From Pelagomonas calceolata (taxonomy: Eukaryota): a stretch of 64,000 nucleotides of DNA. The stretch covers positions 5,084,001-5,148,000 of the forward strand of contig CAKKNE010000003.1 in NCBI GenBank assembly GCA_918797485.1, given 5' to 3'. Under the pieces are notes generated by a model that worked only from the letters and a program-made list of their open reading frames with translations, was not told the origin of the DNA and made no database searches. Positions 1 to 10,300 of this stretch are shown piece by piece (positions within the stretch are counted from its first letter, which is position 1; each line of letters begins with the position of its first letter). Made by a program: the position numbers and the translations under genes.

Positions 1-2
1 GA

Positions 3-275
3 CAAAGTGCTCGTCTACGACCCGGGACCCACGCGTATGTCGTGACGAAGAGCTTTGCAAGAATTGCGTCGATGTTGGCTCAAGCTGAGCCAGCGCCTCC
101 CCGAAGCGGCAGAAATATGGCACCGCTCAGCATCGACCTCTGGCTGCGACATCGATTCGGCCACCTTTCACAGAAACTCGTCGATGGCCCGCCCGTGGGA
201 AACGCATCGGGGAACCAAATGGGAATCGCATTCCAGCGATTGAAATGGACCGGGTGTTGCTGGCGTGCTCGATAG
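3..275 (+). CDS. 3' end of a probable glycosyltransferase family 25-like gene (starts before window)
   Basis: Open frame reads PGTHAYVVTKSFARI...IDLWLRH, resembling the GT25 THAYxVs...xD motif; partial. Confidence 0.4.
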   Translation, partial: QSARLRPGTHAYVVTKSFARIASMLAQAEPAPPRSGRNMAPLSIDLWLRHRFGHLSQKLVDGPPVGNASGNQMGIAFQRLKWTGCCWRAR

Positions 276-541
276 TAGTGCAATGGAAATACACGTCTAG
301 TAGGATTCCAATGTTCAACTGAGACGTATCCAAGCACACCCGTACTACTAAAAGCTGGTACGCCGAGAGTGTTGTATACTCGAGAATGTATCTCATTGTG
401 GCTCAACTTGAACAGTGTAACAATTAAATTCCTAGCCTGAGATGGATAGTCCGGGGCCTATGCGTCTAGTGGACTCCGAGTCTTGGGAGGCCAGTAGCCT
501 GAGGCCGGTAGCACGCATGTGATGCTTGTGGCCACCAATGT

Positions 542-698
542 CTAACCAGCCTAGGGCTGATAGGCCTGACTGCGAGAGTGTTTTATAGTGAACAGTTGTT
601 ACACCGTAGTGCTTTTGACACTCGATGTATAGACTCAAATATTAGAGAGTGGGAGATACATATCTAGGGTAGGAAGGGCTAGTAGGTTTCTCTCTCTA
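542..698 (-). mobile_element. LTR-like repeat family A fragment
   Basis: Near-identical reverse complement of 22904-23063, which begins TGTTAGAGAGAG. Confidence 0.7.
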
Positions 699-736
699 GT
701 ACCTACGGTACCACCTACGGTACCTATACTGCGGTA
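699..736. promoter_or_regulatory. Cluster of CTRCGGTA motifs ~75 bp upstream of ATG 811
   Basis: CTACGGTA x2 plus CTGCGGTA; similar clusters at 8172, 22864-22893, 25599-25615, 28767-28856, 52791-52823. Confidence 0.5.
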
Positions 737-810
737 GGGAGGAGGAATGCGCCGGAGCCTTCACAGTACTTGGAGCGCCACACGCGGCATGAGCCGGCAG
801 CGTCTGCTTG

Positions 811-1782
811 ATGATGATGAGACTCGCCGCGACCTGGTTGCTGCACGCCTCGAGCTTGGCATGTGTCGGGGCAGCTTGCACGGTGGGTGAGGTTGCGCCC
901 CAAACCCGTCCGAGGACCGTGCTCTACGTATACGTCGTCGGCGCCGCGCGCAGCCTCGCCACGACGGCAGCGAATCTTGAAGGTCTCCTCTGCGGCGGCG
1001 CGGACGCGTGGGCCGACGGTCTGCCGGTCGTGCCGCTCCTCCACGTCTGGGCGAATTCGTCGTGTGACCGTGACGTGGTCGTGCCGCCGTTCTTCGCCGC
1101 GGCACTCGTTAATTTCACCATGAACAGTCTCGACGGCGCCATGGTAAAACTCATCGCTCGCGATGCGCGTACGAGCGTAGAACGCACGCGCGCGATTCAA
1201 TTCACTGCACAGCTCTTTCACCTGTACAACCTCAACCGCCGTGCTGTTGCGCTCCTCTTTGAAACAGGCAAGAGCTACTTGGTGCCGCACGAACCCGGGG
1301 AGTCTGTCGTGCTCAAGTGGCGTCCCGACGTTCGCGCGGCCGTCTTGGCCAACGCGACAAAGTTTCTGCGAGCGTGCGTGACGCTTGTCCGCGACAATGA
1401 TGTCAACGACGTAGTCTGTATTCTACCAACGCCAAAGACCAAACTCGTGCCACGTGGTTGCGTGCAAAGGCGGCGGTCTCGACGCGGCGTCGACTTCTAC
1501 ATGTCAACCTGCTGTCACCCCGACGGCCGCGGCGTCCTCTCGGACTGGGTGTTTGTGACAAAGAAACGCGTCCTCGATGCTATGGATGGCCACAAATTGC
1601 CGCCTCAAATATACGACGGCGGCGACCGAGCGGAACACCGGTTTTGTCGATTGCTCGTCGGTTCGAACTTGAGGCTCGTCTGGCCCGCCGCGAACAGTGT
1701 CGTGGAACCTCTTTTTTGTAAATTCTATGACAGCCGGTTACGCAGGCCGCGGCAGACACCTGGGCTGGGAATAGAGAGCTAG
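811..1782 (+). CDS. Hypothetical secreted/membrane-anchored protein
   Basis: 323-codon ORF with hydrophobic N-terminus; no family confidently recognised. Confidence 0.6.
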   Translation: MMMRLAATWLLHASSLACVGAACTVGEVAPQTRPRTVLYVYVVGAARSLATTAANLEGLLCGGADAWADGLPVVPLLHVWANSSCDRDVVVPPFFAAALVNFTMNSLDGAMVKLIARDARTSVERTRAIQFTAQLFHLYNLNRRAVALLFETGKSYLVPHEPGESVVLKWRPDVRAAVLANATKFLRACVTLVRDNDVNDVVCILPTPKTKLVPRGCVQRRRSRRGVDFYMSTCCHPDGRGVLSDWVFVTKKRVLDAMDGHKLPPQIYDGGDRAEHRFCRLLVGSNLRLVWPAANSVVEPLFCKFYDSRLRRPRQTPGLGIES

Positions 1783-2184
1783 GGCTCACAAGTGTGCGAT
1801 GTCCACATGGGGCGACTCCGTATAATGGTGCGGGGGGTTGAACAATGCGTTCGTCTGATCTGGTCTGTAATCGTCCTCCGTTGGAGCTATACAGATTTCA
1901 GATTTCGCGCAATGCTTTGTATCAAAAGCAGCCAAATTGATAGCTCGCGAGCCGTGGCTGGGCGCAGGCTCGTGTACGGAGGGCACGACGACGCCGGGGT
2001 CTATCATACTACGAGTGTTGACCCCCATGCGTGTTCAAAGTCATGCGTGGAGCTTTATCCCAGGCTGGTCTTTTTGCAGTTCTTTTATCCTCGCGCAAAA
2101 CCCCCGACATTTACCCCAGCAGCCGCGCGCTCGGAGCAGCTCCTGCTCCGACGGCGTCTCGGGGAGCTGCGATGCAGTGCCGGG

Positions 2185-2626
2185 CTAGGGTGCAATTTAC
2201 GCACGGCGTTCTTTACGTGAGAAACGGTCCGGCGTCATTTACGCCGTAATTTACGCGTAATTTACGCGTGCATTTATTTATAAAACCCGCACACACGCAG
2301 GCAGAGCGCCTAAACAAGGCCTTGGTAGCCACGCAGCTCAATAGCAGCACGAGCACGGCGCATAAGCTTACACCTAGAGTGCACACCTTGCTCGCAACAG
2401 CATGCAACTAGCAATTGGCTCGGCTCTGACAACGTTTGGGGCAGCCACACTCTGCGAGGTGCTGATCGCGAGCTAGAGTCTTAAAGGGCCGCTAGCGCCG
2501 GCTTCGGGAAGAGCCCTGGAAGGACTTTTGGATACCTCCTTTTTTACGCCGTTTTTTACGTGGGATCTCCTGTAGCGGTGCTTTACGTGTAACTTACGCG
2601 TTTTTTCCACGTAAATTGCACCCTAG
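2185..2626. mobile_element. hAT-like MITE
   Basis: Perfect 17-bp TIR CTAGGGTGCAATTTACG...CGTAAATTGCACCCTAG; 8-bp flanks GTGCCGGG/GTGCCGGA (TSD, 1 mismatch); subterminal TTTACG repeats at both ends. Confidence 0.85.
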
Positions 2627-2692
2627 GTGCCGGAGACTGCGTCTCGGGAGCTGTATCATATACATCCTTTTGATAGAAGTAATTCTGGAAGG

Positions 2693-3697
2693 TCACGTAG
2701 GCTGCGGCACGGCGACGAGGGGCGCCGCGCACCTTCCGCAGACGTACTTCGTCGTGTCGAGTGAGTTGGAATGGCGGCCAATGGCGTAGTTGCAGCCCGG
2801 TGCCGAGCAGCGCCAGTTGAATTTGTAGGATATGACGTACGTGTGGCGCGTCGTGATGGTCAGCGCCGGCACGGCGTCCATAAACCGACTCGCCCAGCGC
2901 TTGAACGCGCGACCGTGCGGCGGCTTTGAGACGCCGTCGACGACCCAGGCTGCCGCGTGGCAGAGCTCGTGGGCGAGCGTGTGGCGCATCTTCTCCTCCG
3001 AATCGCAGACGTGCGTCGAGAGCTCGACGACGGCGCGTCGCTCCCACGCAGCCACGGGCCCCACGCGCCGCTTGGTCATGCGCGTGATCCCCGACGTTGT
3101 TCGGAGTCGCTTGGACCAGGAGCATTCGACCGCCTCGGCGAGGCGCCCCCCGACGACGGCGCCGTCGTAGTCGGCGAAGGCGTCGCCGAGGAGCGCGGCG
3201 CGCCGCCGCGCGAAGGCGCGCGCCACGTGCCGCGGCGTCGCAACAGAGAGGTTCGACGTATCCGCCATTCGCCCCGGCGGCTTGCGGGCGGGAGGCGAAG
3301 CGGCGGCCCCGGGAGGCGAATTCGTGAGGTCGAGGAGGATCGGTTTCGTCGCCGCCGCGGCTTCGGGCGAGGCGGCTTCGGTGAGGTCCAGGATCGAGTC
3401 GCTGTTCGACGCGCTTTCGCCGGCGCTCGCGCCCTGCCCCTCCTCGTCACTGGTCGCGAGCCAGCCGTCCTCGTCGTCGCTCGCGAGGTCTAGCGCAGCC
3501 GTCGCGTCTCGGCGCGCCACGCGCGCCCACGCGTCGCCGTCGAGGCCACCCCTGCGCGCCGACGCCGGCGGCCGCGTCGGCGGCGAGTCAGCGACCGCCA
3601 GCGTCTCGAGCCGCGAGTTCAGTTCATCCTCGTCCGACGCACTGTCTGCGACGATGTACCGCCGCAGCCGCGTCCTGCCGGGGACGAGCGCCGTCAT
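2693..3697 (-). CDS. GCNA: SprT-like metalloprotease with acidic disordered N-terminus (GCNA/ACRC-like)
   Basis: WSKRLRTTSG, HELCH (HExxH), PPHGRAFKRWA, C-terminal Zn ribbon CSAPGC...GRHS...CGRC. Confidence 0.85.
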   Translation of the reverse strand: MTALVPGRTRLRRYIVADSASDEDELNSRLETLAVADSPPTRPPASARRGGLDGDAWARVARRDATAALDLASDDEDGWLATSDEEGQGASAGESASNSDSILDLTEAASPEAAAATKPILLDLTNSPPGAAASPPARKPPGRMADTSNLSVATPRHVARAFARRRAALLGDAFADYDGAVVGGRLAEAVECSWSKRLRTTSGITRMTKRRVGPVAAWERRAVVELSTHVCDSEEKMRHTLAHELCHAAAWVVDGVSKPPHGRAFKRWASRFMDAVPALTITTRHTYVISYKFNWRCSAPGCNYAIGRHSNSLDTTKYVCGRCAAPLVAVPQPT

Positions 3698-4149
3698 CCG
3701 CCGGAAGTGGATGAGCGCGCCCGCTATTATAAAAGGGCGCGTCGTCGTCAAGAACCCTAAGGCAGGGAGCCTTAGAGCAAGAGCAAGACCGCAGGGCCGG
3801 CTTGTGTTGCTAGTGTCTTACTATCTAGAGCCTACTCAGGATACCCAACCGAAATAGTATGAGACAGCGATACAAAGGATTTTCAATCTCCTGGGGTCAC
3901 GGTAATTTGTCCCCCATCCGGAGTCCCGGGCCAACATCAGGCAGTCGTCTACGCGAGGCCCGCTCCGAGTCCAGTGGCCCATGGGGCCCCACCCCTACCC
4001 CTCTATTAGATCCTGAGGTAAATAACCCGTACTAACCGGCAATTACCCGCGTTATTAACCCGGGCTGCGCCAGGGGTGAATAACCCCTCAGGTAAGTGGC
4101 AACCTAAAATGTTTGTCCAGGGCCTGTGTAAATAAATACTAGAAGTAGG

Positions 4150-4290
4150 TAAATAATAAATAAGTAAATAAATAAATAAATAAATAAATTAAGGAAGACC
4201 TAAAAAAAGGAACAAGCTCCTAAGAGCCTTCTCCCTGCTCGGTCAGGATACCCAACCGGAGCTTCGAAATAGCAATAAGATAACGATACA
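4150..4290 (+). repeat. Dispersed repeat family B with (TAAA)n tract, probably a retroelement terminus
   Basis: (TAAA)n-TTAAGGAAGACC...GGAACAAGCTCCTAAGAGCC...GGATACCCAACC; copies at ~20625-20745 (+), ~51941-52055 (-), partial at ~3835, ~9013, ~17600, ~33028, ~61470. Confidence 0.8.
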
Positions 4291-4455
4291 ATTAATTATG
4301 CTGTGCGCGGCCATTTCGACTGCGGTTTTCTGCTCTGGGGGTGTGTAGGTATGTGTGGGAACGCGATGGACACGCTGCCGTGTCGCGGTGGCGTTTTTGG
4401 GTGTCGCGTGCTAAAAGCAACGTGATTTTTTTTTATCCGACTGAGTCATGATAGT

Positions 4456-4489
<34 letters not shown>

Positions 4490-4553
4490 GCCAGTGTGCC
4501 CCGTACTGTTAACGAGAGGATACAGCAAGGGGGGGAACGAGAGTAGAAGCATG

Positions 4554-7529
4554 CTACGACGGGTTTATACATATTACTTCCAAATCGGCGAAAGGAGACG
4601 GCGCCGGAGCCTCGGCGGCCGCCGAAGAGGCGGCTGGCGCTGGGGCCGGGGCCGGGGCCGGCGCAGGTACGTCGCGCTGTCGGCAGAGCCACGTCTCGGC
4701 GGCGGCGGCGCGCGCCGCGGCGAGCGCGCTCGCCGACCTCGCTGCGGCGAACGTGTAAAGTCGGGCCTCACGGGCGCGCCGGATCGCCTTGATCCGCGCG
4801 GCGACGACGCTCCTCGCCGCAATCCCCCGACGGAACGCCTGGACCCGGGCGGCGGCGCGGTGACGGGTCGCGAGGCGCGCGCGCCGCAGGGCGCCGCGCG
4901 CAACGGTCTGGATGCGCAGCGCCGCGACGCGGTTCCTCTCCACGCGCCGCGCCGCGACGACACGCTTCGCCACAATCTGCCGGTGGAGCGATTGGACCCG
5001 GACGGCCGCGCGCCGGAGGTTCGCGAGGCGCACGCGCTGGAGGAAGCCGCGGACGATGGTTTGGCCGCGGATGGCGTGCGCCCTGTTTCTCCGATAGCGC
5101 TTGACCCACCTCGCGACAAGAATCTTGATGACCGCACGCCCCCAGTCGACACGGCGCCGGAGGCGGCGTCGCCTGACGGCGCGCCGGGCGGCTGCCTGCA
5201 TCCGCCGGCACGCCCCCCGGAAGTAATTCATGCCGATGCGGCGCGCAAGGGCGAGGTCCACCTCCAAGGTCGTGACATGGTCGCCGCACGCGCGAACGGG
5301 AACCATGCCTGCGGTCAGTACGTAGTCGTCCGTCGGGATTCGAAACTCGGCGACGCCGTCCTGGCCCGTCTTCACAACGTACCGCGTCCGCCGCCGGCGT
5401 GTCACCAGGATGATCGGGATGCCCCCAAGATTTCCCTCCGCAGCGCACGCGTCCGCGCCGTCGCCCGCTTCGAGACGCACGCAGAGCGTGTGGAGCTTGG
5501 GCTCGAGGCACAGTGTGAGGTCGACAGGCCCGGTGCTGTCGTCGTCGACGCGGACGGCGGGACTGCTGGCCTCGTAGTACGTCGCCGCGAGCCGCGACGC
5601 GCCCGACGATTTCGCGCCTCCGACGTCGGTTGCGTGTGCAGCGACAAACGTTCCCTCGTCGGCGACCGCAAAGACAGCAACGCCCTCATCATCAGTCGTG
5701 GTCACGGCGACGCGTTCCCACGCGGCCGGTGCCGATGCGTCGACGGCGGACACGGGCGGCTCGAGATCGACCCGCTGGTCCTCGGTCGGGCGGTCGCGGA
5801 ACTGGTCGAGGCTCGCGAGCATGGCGCGGCGCCGGAGCTTGGAAGCGAGGCCGACACGAACGAGCACGTCGTCGTCGAGCCGCAAAAGGTCTGGACCTCG
5901 TTCGATCCGCGCGCGTGTCATGAAGGGGCCGACGTCGCTGGCGCCCAGCCCGTGGGCGCGCAGCCAACGCGCGACGTCGAAGCAGCCCCAGGCATCCACT
6001 GCGTCGTAGCCCGGCGCTGCGCGCGCGAGCTGCGCGGTCGACCGGGCCTGGCAGAAGACCGAGGCCGCATCCGCCGGCTTGGCATTGCTCCGTCCGTACA
6101 CGCAGCAGCCACCGAGCGTCGCGCGGAACAGGACGATAAGGACGCCACCGTGACAGGCTTTTGAAGCGGAGTCGACACCTTCGAGGCACCGCACGACCAG
6201 GCTGCGGGACTCTCCAGCAAGGGGCGCACGGAAACGCGGCGGTGCTGCAGCGGCGACGAGGCGGGCGGCGACGTCGTTCGCGCGCGGGAACGCTGCGCTC
6301 CCGTGCTTGGAGCAGCACCGGATCGCCTGGGCAGCGCGATACTCCAGGCCCTGCACCTCGAACGCGCCCAGCGTCGGCGGCGTGTGGTTCGCCACGACGA
6401 TCGCGTGTGGCAGCGATGCTTCGACCTGCATGTAAATCAACCAGTGAGTCGGATACGTGGATGGACGTACGGCAGTAGAGAGACGATGTGAAGACACAGC
6501 CATCTGAAAACCGTGAAGCTTGATTTGTGCGCTGGCCTCGACGGCGCGCGCGACTTCTCGGAAGCGCCTCTCGTAGCTGCCGGGGACATGCTTCGTCGTT
6601 GTGGCGTGTCGCGCGCAGTCGACGCAGTGGTGCACGTGAACTACGGTGTACGGCTGGACCCCCGCCTCTGCGAGAGCCTGGCTGACACTTGGGAGCCGAT
6701 CAATGATTGTCTGCCCCGGCAGCGGCTCGAAGACCAGCTTGTAGGACCAGGCCACGTCACCCGGTCCGCGGCCGCGAAAGAGCACGCCACACAATACGCC
6801 GCATGCCCGATTATCCGCCGCGTCGAACGTACCCACCGCTAACGCTGCCTCATCGGCGTCGTGGCGAACAGAGGTCCAGACTCGCCCGAGCCGGTCCTGC
6901 GACCGGCACCCGGCGGGCTCGATTACAATGGCGAGCGCAAATATATCGTCGGGGGTCGCTGCCAGGTCGACCACCTCACAGCACACACTGCCAGCGTCAC
7001 CCTTGGTCGCCGTCGCCGGAGCGTCCCCGCGGAACTCCATGGAAAAGTCGAACGTGAGGACTCGAAGCGTGGGCGCGCGGGGCGCCTCGCGTCGCAGGGC
7101 CTCGACCACTCCCGCCCATCGGACGGCTCCTCTGTGGACTGACGCTGCTCCCTTGGCCCGGGGCGCCTGTTCGCACCACCGTACCTCGACACTTGTTGCG
7201 CTGCGCGGCAACGCCGCCGGCACACCGCGGACGCGCTGCCGCGCTGCCACGATCTCGTCGCCAATCGTCTCGACGCCGGCGGCGCAATGGCACGGGTCAG
7301 GAAGCATCGTCCTGTCGACTGCGCGCTGCACCGGGTCGGGGCCTTTCAGTCTCGCCAAGATCTCGGCCGAGGTGGCCGTGTTCCGGGGCCCGACCCACGC
7401 TGCAGCCTTCCGGACCGGCGCTCCTCTGGTCGTACCACCACCAGGCCGCCAGGCCGGCCGGTCCTTGGCGCCGGCACTACTGGGGGCGGACCTGGGCCGC
7501 GACCCCACGCAGTGGCGCCTCTGCAGCAC
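4554..7529 (-). CDS. Multidomain protein: TerD-like region, Rdx/thioredoxin-like CxxC, SAM domain, C-terminal IQ motifs; in-frame intron ~6426-6542; true start may be near 7951
   Basis: HHCVDC...GAFEV; SAM-like WGCFDVARWLRAHGL...GPDLLRL; IQ motifs IQTVARG, VQAFRRG, GQTIVRGF; low-GC insert ending TTGATTTACATGCAG. Confidence 0.7.
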   Translation of the reverse strand: MLQRRHCVGSRPRSAPSSAGAKDRPAWRPGGGTTRGAPVRKAAAWVGPRNTATSAEILARLKGPDPVQRAVDRTMLPDPCHCAAGVETIGDEIVAARQRVRGVPAALPRSATSVEVRWCEQAPRAKGAASVHRGAVRWAGVVEALRREAPRAPTLRVLTFDFSMEFRGDAPATATKGDAGSVCCEVVDLAATPDDIFALAIVIEPAGCRSQDRLGRVWTSVRHDADEAALAVGTFDAADNRACGVLCGVLFRGRGPGDVAWSYKLVFEPLPGQTIIDRLPSVSQALAEAGVQPYTVVHVHHCVDCARHATTTKHVPGSYERRFREVARAVEASAQIKLHGFQMAVSSHRLSTAVRPSTYPTHWLIYMQVEASLPHAIVVANHTPPTLGAFEVQGLEYRAAQAIRCCSKHGSAAFPRANDVAARLVAAAAPPRFRAPLAGESRSLVVRCLEGVDSASKACHGGVLIVLFRATLGGCCVYGRSNAKPADAASVFCQARSTAQLARAAPGYDAVDAWGCFDVARWLRAHGLGASDVGPFMTRARIERGPDLLRLDDDVLVRVGLASKLRRRAMLASLDQFRDRPTEDQRVDLEPPVSAVDASAPAAWERVAVTTTDDEGVAVFAVADEGTFVAAHATDVGGAKSSGASRLAATYYEASSPAVRVDDDSTGPVDLTLCLEPKLHTLCVRLEAGDGADACAAEGNLGGIPIILVTRRRRTRYVVKTGQDGVAEFRIPTDDYVLTAGMVPVRACGDHVTTLEVDLALARRIGMNYFRGACRRMQAAARRAVRRRRLRRRVDWGRAVIKILVARWVKRYRRNRAHAIRGQTIVRGFLQRVRLANLRRAAVRVQSLHRQIVAKRVVAARRVERNRVAALRIQTVARGALRRARLATRHRAAARVQAFRRGIAARSVVAARIKAIRRAREARLYTFAAARSASALAAARAAAAETWLCRQRDVPAPAPAPAPAPAASSAAAEAPAPSPFADLEVICINPS

Positions 7530-8275
7530 CGCCTCGGCCTCTGTGTGTGCTTGGCGCTTGGTCGCTTCCTCGAGCAGATTGGGCGCGCAAAACGGATCCC
7601 GCTCAGCACTGGTGGGCCTGCGGGGACGACGCTTGGTCGATTCAAATCATAACAGGCCTGCGCCGCGCGAGACTTGGTCGGTTCGGCCGTTCGCGGCCGT
7701 CGCCTCAACGGGACCGGCGGCGGCAAACAGGCTCGCGCCGGGCGAGACTTCGTCGGCTCTGCCGTTCGCGGTCGTCGCTTCAACTGGACCGCCGGCGCGG
7801 GCACAGGCGCCGCGGCACTGGGCGTTCCTTTCCGCCGCCGGCCCCGGGTGGCCGGCGCCTGGTACGGGGACCGCGATACTCCCCGTGGGCGCGGACCGGG
7901 CTCGCGCAGCAGCATCGCTCGGAAGTAGGCTTGTTCCCGCTCTCGCAGCATAACTTTCTCGCGGGAGAAGATGGCTAAGTCTAGCTTTGGGTTGGTTGAT
8001 GGCAGCAGTCCCCTATGAATGCCGGACTTTTCGACCCGGCGCCGATTTCGCGCATGGATGCCCTCATCGAGGCCCCTGCGCCCTCGGGCCTGCATGCTAA
8101 TCACATGGCAGTCCGGGCTCTGAATGCGCTGCACTTACGAGAGGTACCTTTACCTAGGTAGGCATCCCTACCTACGGTACGCGAGCAGCCTTGCAGTGCC
8201 ACTAGTCTTTTTGCGCATACTTTAGTTCAGAGCAACCATTTTTGCTAAACGCTGCGCACGCACGCCCTTTGGTTG

Positions 8276-8743
8276 ATGGACCGCGCGGGGCGCCGGCGGC
8301 CACCGCGGCGCGGACGACTCGCGGCGGCCCTTTTTGCAGCGCTCCGCGCGAGGCCCGCCGTTTCCCTGCGGCCGCCGCGCCGACCGGCGCCGCGACCGAC
8401 GGCGCCGCGCTTCGAGCTCGGCCACGTGACCGCCGAGGGTCTCGCGTCGGCGTTCCTCGGCGGCACGGTCGGTGCCGTCGGCTCGGTCGTCGCGATCGAG
8501 GCCAAGCGCGTCAAAGTTAAGAAAAGCAAGCAGTGTCCCTACTGCGACGGAACGGGCGCTATCGCCTGCGCGGCGTGCCTCGGCACCGGCTTGACGGACG
8601 GCGAGCCGTGCCGGCTCTGCGGCGGGCGGACCGTGCACACGTGCGAAAATTGCAAGGGCCGCGGCCGCTTCATCCCGACGATGCTCGACGCGCGAGTCTC
8701 GCGCGATCCCGAGACGGAGCTCGAGGAGATCGGGCTCCAGTAA
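8276..8743 (+). CDS. ORANGE-like DnaJ-type zinc-finger protein, probably plastid targeted
   Basis: TM segment AFLGGTVGAVGSVVAIE followed by four CxxC(xGxG) repeats, as in the C-terminal half of ORANGE proteins. Confidence 0.7.
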   Translation: MDRAGRRRPPRRGRLAAALFAALRARPAVSLRPPRRPAPRPTAPRFELGHVTAEGLASAFLGGTVGAVGSVVAIEAKRVKVKKSKQCPYCDGTGAIACAACLGTGLTDGEPCRLCGGRTVHTCENCKGRGRFIPTMLDARVSRDPETELEEIGLQ

Positions 8744-8908
8744 GGAGAGAGAAAGAAAACCCTCCAGTGCAAATTACCCTCAGGTATAGGATTACAGCGG
8801 TGGTTCGAGCGGTGATCCTCAAATGCAAACTATCCAGCTAGGTAGTAGTTTCAGGCGGGCCGCACTGGCCTTGCCTACCGGTAGGTAGTACAAGTACCCC
8901 GGTATACC

Positions 8909-9002
8909 GTAGCGTGCTGATAGGCGAGAGTAATGTAGCCATAGATCCGGCGATAGGGGGCTATGGCGTTGAAGATATATATCTAGGGGAGTTTTCACCT
9001 CA
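8909..9002 (-). mobile_element. LTR family C fragment
   Basis: Matches the ...GTTTTCACCTCA end of 17675-17899. Confidence 0.8.
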
Positions 9003-9154
9003 CGGTGACTAGAGAAGGAAGACCTAAATTTAAGAAGGAACAAGCTCCAACTTGAGAGCCTTTTCCCCGTACGTGTACTAATCCGAGTCTGTTTAGAAGC
9101 CTGACTCGGAGGCTCACTTCAGCGATATTAGCTTCGGTATGTGCTGGTGTCTAA

Positions 9155-9436
9155 TGAGCTGGGTGCAGCAAGTGCACAATGCAGCTGTGGTAGCTAGGTC
9201 TCTCGGGTGTCTATGTGACATGTGACACGGAGATGCCAACAGGAAGAACTCTCACTGAAACGTGAGAGTGTGGGAACCCCCTCAACTCTGAGAAGACAGA
9301 ATTGGAATAAAGGAGATTAAGAGGGAGAAGGAAGTATCCTAAGATACAGGCCACTAGCCTCTGATATCTACTAGAACCTGAGAGGAGCTCTAGATAAAGG
9401 TAACTACAGCATCATAGCACAATCGCTGTACTCACA
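9155..9436 (-). mobile_element. Dispersed repeat family D (LTR-like)
   Basis: Near-identical reverse complement of ~53268-53536; partial copies ~12545-12617 and ~16026-16163. Confidence 0.75.
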
Positions 9437-9518
9437 TAGTCATGCCAGTGATACTTGTAGTATATACTACATATGGGTGCCGAACTTTACTAGTAGTGCC
9501 GAACACCAGGTCTTTAGA

Positions 9519-10139
9519 TCAGTACCTGACAGGACCCGAGGGAGGCGTGAGGACCAGACGCGCGGGACCCGCGCCGGATACCCCCGACCTGGCGCGGACG
9601 CGTAGCGCGACGACGGAGCCTCGCCGCGGAAGCCGCACGAGGGCGTCGCGCGGCATTCGGAGCCACAGATTGTCGCGCGTCGCGTCGACGATCGCGCCGA
9701 TCTCCCCGACAAGCCCTGGAATGGGCGCTCGGCAAATATCCACGAGGGCGCCGGTGGGTTCAAGCGCCGCGCCGCGCCGCGCCGCACCCCGGGATCGTTT
9801 GGTCGACTCGCCGACGGTCGCCGCGGCGTACGACGTCCAGCCCCCGCGGAGTGGACCCGTCTCTCGCCAGGTCGACAGCTCCGCGCGCCGCGTGGCGGCC
9901 GCCGACACAACGACGGCCGCGGCCTCGTCGGCGCCGCCGCCGCGTGGGTCCGGTACCGAGGAGGAGGGCCCGGCGCCGGAGCTTCGAGCCGAAGTGCCCC
10001 CGGGAGACTGGACCCGCGTTGGTCAGATGCCGGGCGAAGTACACCACCGCGTCGCTGGCGTCTCGCGCACACGCTGGTGGCAGTGGTCTCGGGGGGGCAA
10101 GGGCGCGTAGTGCAGCCGACTCGCGCGTGCGGACGACAT
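9519..10139 (-). CDS. POP4: RNase P/MRP subunit POP4/Rpp29-like, with two apparent compensating frameshifts
   Basis: LEPTGALVDICRAPIPGLVGEIGAIVDATRDNLWL...LPRRGSV matches the p29 Sm-like core; ATG 10139 is in the same frame, but the plausible middle part lies in another frame. Confidence 0.65.
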
Positions 10140-10300
10140 TGTTGCTAGACGCTTGAATCAATCAAACTTTATTCTTAGTTTGTGCAGCCAGTAGTTTTGC
10201 CCCTTCCTGCCGCATGCTGGTAGCCGCTGCGGCGGTACCTATGAGTATCATATGAGTATCATATGAGTATAATCTGAAAAAAAAAAGTTTTGTAAAAAAG

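Noticed and set aside
3753..3760. AACCCTAA / CCTAACCCT telomere-like words (also ~11891)
   Set aside because: Single units, not arrays
4488..6164. Long antisense and alternate-frame ORFs (e.g. 4488-6164, 19003-20400, 30706-32940, 30764-32860, 39116-40615, 57783-59009)
   Set aside because: Shadow ORFs expected from very high GC3 coding on the other strand or frame; Arg/Ala-rich with no motifs
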